Below are positions 50,983-60,686 of a DNA stretch of 64,000 nt, piece by piece. Each line of letters opens with the position of its first letter. Position 1 is the first letter of the stretch. This stretch comes from an uncultured Planctomycetaceae bacterium (GTDB lineage: Bacteria > Planctomycetota > Planctomycetia > Gemmatales > Gemmataceae): positions 1,302,127 through 1,366,126 of the forward strand of contig CAVYVK010000011.1 of the NCBI GenBank assembly GCA_963771935.1. The letters are read 5' to 3'. The notes beneath the pieces are model-generated. The model saw only the letters and a list, made by a program, of their open reading frames with translations. It had not been told where the DNA came from and made no database searches. Made by a program: the position numbers and the translations under genes.

Positions 50983-51588
50983 ATGAAGGCGACCACTCGC
51001 AACCACGCCACCGTGGTCGGCGTATTCGACGACCTGCGCATGGCCCAGGCGGCGGTGGAGGAGCTGCGCCGCATCGGCTTCCGCGAAGACCAGATCGGCG
51101 TCGTCACTCGCGGCGCCCAGTCCGACGAATCCGGCGCCACGATCCAGGAGGGGACCGGCTCGCACTGGGAGGAGGGCGCCGCCATCGGGGCCGCGGCGGG
51201 CGCGGGCATCGGGGCCTTGTGGGCCGTCGGTATGGCGACCATCGCTTTGCCGCCGATCCTGCCGGCCGTGCTGGTGAGCAGCTGGCTGGTGTCCATCCTG
51301 GCCAGCGCGGCCAGCGGCGCCGCCATCGCCGGCGTCGCCGGCGCCCTGATCGGCCTCGGCATCCCGGAGGACGAGGCCGCCTATTACGAAGGCGAATTCC
51401 ATTCCGGCCGCACCCTCGTCTCGGTCCAGGCCCCCGGCCGCTACGAGGAGGCTCACGATATTCTGGCCCGCTTCGGCGCGTACGACTATCAGAACCGCCG
51501 CGCCGCTGAGGGCCAAACGGCGGTGAACGTCCCCGTGTCACGGCAAACGGTTCGTGAGGAGCAGAGGACCTCGCCTACGGGCCTGTAA
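50983..51588 (+). CDS. YflT/general-stress-like membrane protein
   Basis: HATVVGVFDDLRMAQAAVEELRRIGFREDQIGVV is followed by a Gly/Ala-rich TM segment and LGIPEDEAAYYEGEFHSGRTLVSV. Confidence 0.55.
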   Translation: MKATTRNHATVVGVFDDLRMAQAAVEELRRIGFREDQIGVVTRGAQSDESGATIQEGTGSHWEEGAAIGAAAGAGIGALWAVGMATIALPPILPAVLVSSWLVSILASAASGAAIAGVAGALIGLGIPEDEAAYYEGEFHSGRTLVSVQAPGRYEEAHDILARFGAYDYQNRRAAEGQTAVNVPVSRQTVREEQRTSPTGL

Positions 51589-51632
51589 TGGCGATAAGAA
51601 GTAGCTTTCGCTCTGTCGAAATCCTACCGTTC

Positions 51633-51723
51633 CCTGGCGAGCGGGGGGCGTCAGCCCCCTGATTCCGCATGGCGTCGCCGACCGGATGCCGAATCAGGGG
51701 GCTGACGCCCCCCGCTCGCCAGG
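51633..51723. repeat. Long hairpin (33-bp stem, 25-nt loop), nested in a weaker outer palindrome (about 51596..51747)
   Basis: CCTGGCGAGCGGGGGGCGTCAGCCCCCTGATTC (51633..51665) pairs with GAATCAGGGGGCTGACGCCCCCCGCTCGCCAGG (51691..51723). The outer GTCGAAATCCT/AGGATTTCGAC also pair. Confidence 0.9.
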
Positions 51724-51746
51724 ATTTCGACGGAGCAAAGTAGCTT

Positions 51747-51814
51747 CCCAACCAGCCCCGAGCGCGAGCGAGGGGGAGGCGCCTCCCCCTCGCTCGCGCT
51801 CGGGGCTGGTTGGG
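51747..51814. repeat. Palindromic element, family 2, loop-less perfect 68-bp palindrome
   Basis: CCCAACCAGCCCCGAGCGCGAGCGAGGGGGAGGC (51747..51780) is directly followed by its reverse complement (51781..51814). Confidence 0.9.
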
Positions 51815-51853
51815 AAACCCTTTGACAATGGGAATCACGGTTGTGAATGAGTC

Positions 51854-53005
51854 TCAATTCCTGTCCAGCCAGCCGTCAAGGGCGTGGCGCACCTGATAGA
51901 GCAGCGCCAGGTCCCCCATGCGAAAAGGCCGATCCCAATCAGGACGAATAGCCCCGAGCAGACAAGGCTCCCGACGAACAGCGCGCAACGGCGCCGCCCG
52001 CGTTGGCGATGGCCGCATTCGGGTTCGCGCTCGAGGCCGCATGAACAACGAATGCCGACACAATTAGGGGAAAAATGAGGTACGAGCTGAGGACGATGAG
52101 AAAGAAGACCCCCACCACGACCATGTAAATGAGAAGGTTTTGCGCCAGGCCGCTCTTCCTCAGGCTAAAGGCCACGCCGCGGAGAAAGAGCAGAAAGCAG
52201 ATGAATTCCCCCAGGCCGATCGTCCACGACAGCAGCTGCCCAACAATCCATGCACAGCCCCCGATCGTAGTGTTGACGAGGGCCAAATCGACGCCCAGGA
52301 ACGTCAGCGGGAAGACCAGGGCGGCAATGGCCAGGCAGAACGCAGCGATGGCCAACCCCTTGAGGCCTTCCGATTTCCGGGTCCTGGGGACGCCCATGCA
52401 GAATCCGAGGCCCGTGATGCGCAGGGCCACGAAAGCCAATCCGCACAGAATCAGGACGCCCCAAAGCATAATGAACCCGATCATGAGGGCGAAGCCGGTC
52501 CCCACTGCCTGGCCCACCGCCTGGCTGGCCTGCTGCTGCGTGGGCGGGGAGTTCGCGCTGAAGCCGCCGAAAATGGTCGCCATTGAGAGCGTGCCGAATA
52601 GCGCCAGAAGCAAGCTCACCGACAGCGCCGTCACGGCCGCGCCGACCACGACCCACATGGCGATTATGACGAGGTTCACGCCCATTCGGACGTGTCGCCA
52701 TCCCTGGCGGACTTCACCCCGGCTCGGCTCGGGCGCATCGCGGCGCCGCTCCGGGTAGTCCTGGTCGTCGTCGTCGTCGCGTCGCCGCCGCGGCCTCGGC
52801 CGGTCGGCGTAATCGTGCGGTGGGAGCTCGTCGTCGGGCGCGGGGCGAAGGCGGTTCCGCGGCCGGAGCGGCCCCGGTCTTCCGGGGCGCCGACGGCGGC
52901 CAGGAACTTCTTGCCGCAGCCGGGACACTTCACGTTCCGGCCGAACAGATGGTCCGGAACGTTCAGGGGCCGGCCGCAGTCCGGGCAGCTGACGATCTGG
53001 GGCAT
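51854..53005 (-). CDS. Zinc-ribbon N-terminal, polytopic membrane protein; at least three frameshifts
   Basis: MPQIVSCPDCGRPLNVPDHLFGRNVKCPGCGKKF (ORF 52676..53005) is followed by a charged linker and a multi-TM body (ORF 51939..52928). The tail lies in other frames, ending ...LALLYQVRHALDGWLDRN (ORF 51854..52063). Confidence 0.5.
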
Positions 53006-53114
53006 ACGGCCCTCACGGGGTCATGTTCGGTGGTCGGAAGGGAGGCGGCGCGAATCCTCCTCGTGAAACAGACGAGCCATCCAGGCGTTCCGACCTCGCG
53101 GGCCGCGCTTGTTG

Positions 53115-53786
53115 TTACGGGAACATCCGGCTCAGGGCCAGCAGGCCCCAGCCGGCGGCGAAAAAAACACTGAGCACCATGCCGGTGACGGCACTGGTGC
53201 GGGCGCCTTCCGTCAGACCGCGCCCGTCCGGCTCCATTTCTCCCGTGCGCATCTTCTTCAGGTCGTTCGAGGCCATCACCCAGATCGCGATTCCCAGGGG
53301 CAGCACGACCAGGAGCGGGACTCCGGCCAGGCAGAGGGTCAAGCCCCCGGCGCCCAGCGTGAAGCTGCCCAGGCCGGACAGCAACGCCCCGCGATGTGGC
53401 TCGGCGTCCCGGCGCGGCGGGGGAGCGGGCCGGCGGAAGCGTCGGTAGCCGCCGTCGAATTCGAGCTGCTCGCCACAGTGGCCGCAGCGGATGGCCTCCC
53501 ACGGCACGGGCCGGCCACAGCGCGGGCAGCACGGCCGGCCCGCTCCGGGCGGCGGCTGATGGTCCTCGTCCGGTTCGCTCATGGGTCGGCCGCGCGGAGG
53601 CGGCTCCCGATCCGGGACCGGCGGCGGTTCGGGCGGCAACGGGGCCACGCGCCGCGTCTCGACCTCGGCCGGCGACGACGCCGTGAAGTGGTGGTCGCAG
53701 CTGATGCAGCGAACCGTCCTTCCCATCCAGCTGTCGGCCATCTGCACGCGGCAGCCGCAGGCTGGGCAAGCGACGAACTCAGGCAT
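53115..53786 (-). CDS. Double zinc-ribbon, C-terminal membrane-anchored protein
   Basis: MPEFVACPACGCRVQMADSWMGRTVRCISCDHHF plus CCPRCGRPVPWEAIRCGHCG are followed by two TM helices. The ATG at 53786 was chosen from ORF 53115..54095. Confidence 0.6.
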   Translation of the reverse strand: MPEFVACPACGCRVQMADSWMGRTVRCISCDHHFTASSPAEVETRRVAPLPPEPPPVPDREPPPRGRPMSEPDEDHQPPPGAGRPCCPRCGRPVPWEAIRCGHCGEQLEFDGGYRRFRRPAPPPRRDAEPHRGALLSGLGSFTLGAGGLTLCLAGVPLLVVLPLGIAIWVMASNDLKKMRTGEMEPDGRGLTEGARTSAVTGMVLSVFFAAGWGLLALSRMFP

Positions 53787-53851
53787 GGCGTTTCGGGTAG
53801 CGAATCGGGCGATCCGATGGGAATATTGTACGAGCCGCCCTACCCTCCGGT

Positions 53852-54514
53852 TCACAACCGCTTCCCCAGCAGTCGGCGGTACTCGGCCGCGCCGATCGGC
53901 TCGAAGCGGACACGGTCGCCGGTGCGCAGCGGGAAATAATCGTCGGCTACATCGACGAGCTGCAAAGGAGTCAGTCCGATCAGGTTCCAGCCGCCCGGAC
54001 GGGCCTCCGGGTAAACGCCGGTCTGCCGGCCGGTCAGCCCGACCGATCCCGCCTCGACGCGCACCCGCGGCGCCTCCAGACGGGGTACACCACACAGCCG
54101 ATCCGGTAGGTAGCCGAGGTAAGGGAAACCCGGCGAGAAGCCGACGGCGTAGACGGTGTATTCCGTCGCGGCGTGGAGTCGCACCACCTCATCCGGCGCG
54201 AGGCCGACGTGCCGGGCGACGCGCTCCAGATCCTGCTGCATCTCGTAGCAGCACGGAAGGACTCGCCGCCGCCCCAGGTCAGGATCGCCTTCCGCGTTCG
54301 CGCCCGATTCCAGGCGCCGAAGCTCGGCTTCCACTTCCGCGAAGCGAACCTGATCGAGATTGAAATGGAACGCCACGGTCGTATAGGCCTGGACCACGTC
54401 GATCAGCCACGGCGGAGCGAGACGGCGCACGACGGCGGCCAGGCGCAGGGCGGCCTGTTCGTCGCGGCAGGAAGCCAGCGCGGCCTGGTCGCCGAGGGGT
54501 TGCAATGAATCCAT
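53852..54514 (-). CDS. pxpB: 5-oxoprolinase subunit B (PxpB/KipI, allophanate hydrolase subunit 1 family)
   Basis: YTVYAVGFSPGFPYLGYLPDRL...PRVRVEAGSVGLTGRQTGVYP...GGWNLIG is the family signature. Confidence 0.8.
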   Translation of the reverse strand: MDSLQPLGDQAALASCRDEQAALRLAAVVRRLAPPWLIDVVQAYTTVAFHFNLDQVRFAEVEAELRRLESGANAEGDPDLGRRRVLPCCYEMQQDLERVARHVGLAPDEVVRLHAATEYTVYAVGFSPGFPYLGYLPDRLCGVPRLEAPRVRVEAGSVGLTGRQTGVYPEARPGGWNLIGLTPLQLVDVADDYFPLRTGDRVRFEPIGAAEYRRLLGKRL

Positions 54515-54611
54515 GCCCTGTCGCCCCTCCGCTTTTTCCTGTCCGCCGGGCGCCGCCTCGATGATAATAGTCCTAACGCCGACTCACGTCACGCCTTCGG
54601 AGGTTCCTCTC

Positions 54612-56060
54612 ATGTACCGCGCCGCAGCCGTCTTCCTCCTTCTCACCGCCCCCTGCGTCTTCGCCGAGGCGAAGCCCGGCGACCCCGTCAAGATCGCCGT
54701 CAGTCCGGCCGCGGCGCCGAAGCCGTCGCTGAAGTATCGGCTCATCCCCGACCGCCGCGACCTGGCGCCCGGCAACGCCGCGACGCTCTATTACCGCGCG
54801 ATGGCGTCCTTCGTGGAAAACAGCGAGCTGTTGAAAGAGATCCGGAAGGACTACTGGTACGAATGGCTGGATACGCCGCTGAAGTGACCTGCCGATGGAG
54901 CAGGTGCGCGAAAAGCTGGCGCTGGCTCGGCGGCTGCTGCACGAAGTCGAGCTGGCGGCCCGCTGCAAGGACTGCGACTGGCAGATCGAGGATCGTCCCG
55001 AGGGCTTCGGCCTGCTCCTGCCCGAGGTGCAGGGCTTCCGCTACGTCGCCGTCGTCCTGGCCGTGAAGGCCCGTTATGAGATCGCTCAGGGAAAATGGGA
55101 CGAGGCGTGTGCAACGTTGCAGACCGGCTACGCGGCTGGCCGGCACATGGGCCAGGGGCCGACGCTGATCCACATCTTCGTCGGCGGCGTGATCACGCGG
55201 TTTATGAACGATCAGGTGCAAACGATGATCCAGCAGCCTGGGGCGCCGAACCTGTACTGGCGCTGACCGATTTGCCGCGGCCGTTCCTCGACCCCGAATT
55301 GGCCATCGAGCAGGAGAGCCGGATGATCGACCGCATGATCCCGTGGGTGAAACGGCTCGACGGGCCGCCGATGTCGGAACCCGAGGCCCAGGCCGCGATG
55401 GACGAGATGCGCAAGAGCATCGACCGCTTCGCCGACGACTATTCGCTCTTGCCGCCGTCGGAACTGGACAAGGCTGCTCAGGCGTTCTTTCTCCTTCAAG
55501 TCCACGGCGAGGCGAAGCGCGGCCTGCTGGCCCGCGACAAGTACACCGCGGAACAGGTCGAGGCGATGCCGCAATTCCAGGTGATCGGTCTGTACACCTA
55601 TCTGGAATATCGGGATGCGCTCGACGAGATGCTGAAATGGGTCCACGCTCCGCACGGCCTGCGCCATCCCGGCTTCCAGAAGGCGTCGGAGAAGTACGCG
55701 CAGGCGCTGACCCGGCTGGATCGCGTGTTCTTCCGCGGCCAGCTGAGCGCCTTCTTTGGCGTCACCGACGCCATCAGCGCATCCTTCCGCAGGGTGTACG
55801 CCGTCGTCGGCCGCACCGACCGGCGGATCGCCGCCCTGGAGTGCGTCGAGGCGCTGCGGATGTACGCCGCCGCGAACGGCAAATGGCCGGATACGCTGGA
55901 CGACGTAACCGACGTGCCGCTGCCGGACGATCCGATGACCGGCAAGCCGTTCGTGTACCACGTGCAGGATACGAAGGCGGTGATCGCCGCGCCGCCCCTC
56001 ACAGCGGGCAAGTCCGATGGGCCGGACGGCGTGACGATCGAGGTGTATCTGCGGAAATGA
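54612..56060 (+). CDS. Secreted hypothetical protein, two frameshifts (near 54885 and 55262)
   Basis: The signal peptide is MYRAAAVFLLLTAPCVFA. A continuous protein is traceable through ORFs 54513, 54895 and 55095. Confidence 0.5.
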
Positions 56061-56083
56061 GATCGCCGATAGAGTTGTTCGTC

Positions 56084-57484
<1,401 letters not shown>

Positions 57485-57727
57485 GCGGTCTCGCGGAGGG
57501 CGGTCCCCTTCTCCGGCGGCGCACCGCTTCGGTTCCGGTGGCGGACGGGCCGACGGTCGGCGATTTTTGGGAGGAAGCCAGGACGGATATGAAATAATGT
57601 ACCGCGGCCAAGGACTCACGGCAAGCGAAACGGCCCTCGCCGTCGCGTCGCTGCGGCCGGCGTTCGCCCCTTCTCTCCCCTACGCATACCATGACCGGCG
57701 GGTTCACGGCCCGTCGCCGCGCTTCAT

Positions 57728-59020
57728 TTGGGGAGTTCCATGCTGAGATGCTTGACAGTCGTTCTGGCGGTCGCCGCCGTTGCGCCGACCGTGCGAGCGG
57801 AAGAAAACTTCTTCCTCCAGGACGGCCAGCGCGTCGTCTTCCTCGGCGACAGCAACACCTTCGCCGGGCAGTACATCGCTTACCTCGACGCCTACCTCTT
57901 CACGCGCTTTCCCGACCGCACATACGAGCTGCTCAACCTCGGCCTGCCCAGCGAAACGGCCTGCGGCCTGTCGGAGCCGGACCACCCCTACCCGCGGCCC
58001 GACGTCCACGAGCGCCTCGACCGCGTCCTGGCGAAGACCAAACCCAACGTCGTCGTGATCTGCTACGGCATGAACGACGGCATCTACTATCCTTTCAGCG
58101 AGGACCGCTTCAAGAAGTACCAGGACGGCATGACGGACGTGATCGACCGCGTCGCGAAGACCGGGGCGAAGGTCGTCGTGGTCACGCCGCCGCCGTTCGA
58201 CCCCCAGCCGGTTCGGGACAAGCTCTTGCCGAAGACGGCCGACAAGTTCAGCTGGGTCCATCCCTACGAGAATTATGACGACGTACTGAAACGCTACTCT
58301 GACTGGCTGCTGACCCTGCGCGACAAGGGCGTGATGGTGGTGGACGCTCATGCGGCCGTGAGCCGTCATCTGGCGGAAATGCGCAAAACCGACCCGAAAT
58401 ACCATCTTTCAGGCGACGGCGTCCACGTCGATGGGGCGGGCCACTGGTTGATCGCCCAGGCGATCCTCCAGGCCTGGAACGCGCCGGCGGACGTGGACGC
58501 GGCCGTGATCGACGCGAAGACGGGCAAGGCGACGGCCGGCGACGTGAGCGAACTTTCAATGGACGGCGGCGCCGTCCGCTTCGCGTGGAAGACGCGCCTG
58601 CCGATGCCGGCGGACCCCGCCTGGAACGACCGACTCGCGGCGGCGGAAAAGATCGCCGACCGCCTCAATCGGTATCGGCTCACCGTCCTGGACCTTCCGC
58701 GCGAGAAATATGCACTGTGGGAGGGCGATCATAAGCTGGCCGAGGTCGGGCGCGAGGAGCTGGCGACCGGCCTTGACCTGACGCGGTTGGCGGACCTTTC
58801 AACGAACGTCCGGGCGGCGGAAGTGGGCAAGCTGGCGGCGGAGCGGTCACACCTGCTTGGCCTGGCGTGGCTGACCGACGTCGGCTACAAGCGACCGGAC
58901 ACGCCGAAGGGAATCCCGCTGGACGACGCCCGGAAACAGGCCGCCGATCTGGAAACGAAGATCCGAAAACTCGCCGAACCACGGCCGATCCTGCTGCGGC
59001 TGGTCCCGGCAGCGAAGTGA
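57728..59020 (+). CDS. Secreted SGNH/GDSL hydrolase-family protein
   Basis: A signal peptide is followed by VVFLGDSNT (block I Ser) and ICYGMNDG (block III). 430 aa. Confidence 0.7.
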   Translation: MGSSMLRCLTVVLAVAAVAPTVRAEENFFLQDGQRVVFLGDSNTFAGQYIAYLDAYLFTRFPDRTYELLNLGLPSETACGLSEPDHPYPRPDVHERLDRVLAKTKPNVVVICYGMNDGIYYPFSEDRFKKYQDGMTDVIDRVAKTGAKVVVVTPPPFDPQPVRDKLLPKTADKFSWVHPYENYDDVLKRYSDWLLTLRDKGVMVVDAHAAVSRHLAEMRKTDPKYHLSGDGVHVDGAGHWLIAQAILQAWNAPADVDAAVIDAKTGKATAGDVSELSMDGGAVRFAWKTRLPMPADPAWNDRLAAAEKIADRLNRYRLTVLDLPREKYALWEGDHKLAEVGREELATGLDLTRLADLSTNVRAAEVGKLAAERSHLLGLAWLTDVGYKRPDTPKGIPLDDARKQAADLETKIRKLAEPRPILLRLVPAAK

Positions 59021-59031
59021 CGCGGGGAACG

Positions 59032-60303
59032 ATGGACGCCGACGCCCGTGACTTGATCGCCCTGCTGCACCAGACGCCGTACCGCTGCGTCCTGGCAGTA
59101 ACCGGAGGCGGCGCCGGGGCCGTCGCCTGGCTTCTGTCCGTGCCCGGCGGCTCGCGCACGGTGCTGGAGGCGGTCGTGCCTTACGCGGGGGAATCCCTGT
59201 CCGAGTTCCTCGGCCGGCGGCCCGAATCTTATTGCTCCGTCGCCGCCAGTCGGATGATGGCGATCCGTGCCCAGCAGCGCGCCCGCTGGCTGGCGCCGGG
59301 AGCGCCGACGATCGGCGTCGGCTGCACCGCCAGCCTGCGCTCCGACCGTCCCAAGCGCGGCGATCACTGCTTCCATGTCTCCGTCCACACCGGCGTACGA
59401 ACCACCACCCATTCCCTCACACTGGTCAAGGAAGCGCGCGACCGCGATGGCGAGGAGCAGGTCCTCGATCGCGTCCTCCTGAACGCCCTCGCGGAGGCGT
59501 TCAACGTTGCCAGCCGATTGGGTGCGTCCCTGCTGCCGGGCGAAGAGGTCATCGCGGAATTAACGATTGAAAACGAGCCTCTATCTCGCTTTTTGGCCGG
59601 CGAAACGCTGGCCCTGCACGTCGAGATGGATGGATTGATGCGGCCGGACGCTCCGAAGCCGGCGCTGCTGCTGCCGGGGGCGTTCAATCCGCTGCACGCC
59701 GGCCACATCGAGTTGGCGAAGGTCGCGTCGGCGGTCGTCGGCGCCCCGGCGGCGTTCGACCTGAGCGTGCTGAACGCCGACAAGCCGCCCTTGGCCGACG
59801 AGGAAGTGCGGCGGCGGCTGGCTCAGTTCGCCTGGCAGGCGCCGGTGTGGCTGACGCGGGCGCCGACTTATACGGAGAAGGCGGAGCTGTTTCCGGGCTG
59901 TGTGTTCGTGGTCGGCGCGGACACGGCGGCCCGCATCGTGCAGCCGCGCTTCTACTACGACAGCGCGGAGCGCATGGCCGAGGCGCTGGGCCGCATCCGC
60001 GCTCTCGGCTGCCGCTTTCTCGTCGCCGGCCGCGCGGGGGCCGACGGCCGCTTCGTCGGCCTGGACGGTCTGAACGTACCGCCGGAACACCGCGACCTGT
60101 TCCGCGCCATCCCGGAGGCGGCGTTCCGCGTGGACCTGTCCTCGACGCTGCTGCGCCGAGAAGGGACACGTGCGGAGCGATGTTTATCGGTCTTCAGGAA
60201 AGTAATGCACGGGTGGATACGGTGTGCCACGGCTGTGTCAGCCGTGTTGGGCGGCCCAAACACGGCTGACACAGCCGTGGCACACCGCGCATTACTTTCC
60301 TGA
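59032..60303 (+). CDS. CinA/PncC-like N-domain fused to a cytidylyltransferase-fold (HxGH) domain; last approx 35 codons run through a palindrome
   Basis: LAVTGGGAGAVAWLLSVPGGSRTVLEAVVPY resembles the CinA C-domain. LLLPGAFNPLHAGHIELA is the nucleotidyltransferase HxGH motif. The stop at 60301..60303 comes immediately after the hairpin 60197..60300. Confidence 0.5.
   Translation: MDADARDLIALLHQTPYRCVLAVTGGGAGAVAWLLSVPGGSRTVLEAVVPYAGESLSEFLGRRPESYCSVAASRMMAIRAQQRARWLAPGAPTIGVGCTASLRSDRPKRGDHCFHVSVHTGVRTTTHSLTLVKEARDRDGEEQVLDRVLLNALAEAFNVASRLGASLLPGEEVIAELTIENEPLSRFLAGETLALHVEMDGLMRPDAPKPALLLPGAFNPLHAGHIELAKVASAVVGAPAAFDLSVLNADKPPLADEEVRRRLAQFAWQAPVWLTRAPTYTEKAELFPGCVFVVGADTAARIVQPRFYYDSAERMAEALGRIRALGCRFLVAGRAGADGRFVGLDGLNVPPEHRDLFRAIPEAAFRVDLSSTLLRREGTRAERCLSVFRKVMHGWIRCATAVSAVLGGPNTADTAVAHRALLS
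60197..60300. repeat. 104-bp compound palindrome at the boundary of a lower-GC segment
   Basis: The outer stem is GGAAAGTAATGC (60197..60208) with GCATTACTTTCC (60289..60300). The inner, nearly loop-less palindrome GGTGTGCCACGGCTGTGTCAGCCGTGTTGGGC / GCCCAACACGGCTGACACAGCCGTGGCACACC spans 60221..60286. Confidence 0.9.
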
Positions 60304-60470
60304 CGAGCTATAGTTATGACGAATCTCGACGCTCCCCCACGCCGCGCGAAGGCCGCACAAATTGCTTGCCTTGTAGTCGCTGTAATGGGAGAATCGAGCA
60401 GTTTCGCAGTAACACTCCGCTTGGGCGCCGCGGTCGAGCGGCTCTCAGGTCACGCGCGCACGGGAGTTGT

Positions 60471-60671
60471 ATGGACGCCGCCGACGAGATTGAGTCGCGC
60501 CTGTCAGGCGACGCTGTGGAGACGAAACGGCGCGTGGACATATGGCGCGCCGAAGTGGAGGCTTTCAGGGATGGCGGCGAAGACGCTGCGGCCGCGGTTT
60601 TGAGAGAGCACATGAACTCCCTCAAGCTGCGATTCGACAAGGCGATGAAGCAACTGGACGAAAAACTCTAA
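60471..60671 (+). CDS. Small (66 aa) charged helical/coiled-coil protein, first gene of a three-gene module
   Basis: MDAADEIESRLSGDAVETKRRVDIWRAEVEAFRDGGEDAAAAVLREHMNSLKLRFDKAMKQLDEKL ends 15 nt before the ATPase start. It has no recognisable domain. Confidence 0.45.
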   Translation: MDAADEIESRLSGDAVETKRRVDIWRAEVEAFRDGGEDAAAAVLREHMNSLKLRFDKAMKQLDEKL

Positions 60672-60686
60672 CGGAATCCGCCCGCT

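Noticed and set aside
53852-54514. A pxpABC (5-oxoprolinase) operon.
   Set aside because: Only the PxpB-like gene is present. The flanking genes are a zinc-ribbon membrane protein and a divergent secreted protein, so no operon can be claimed from this window.
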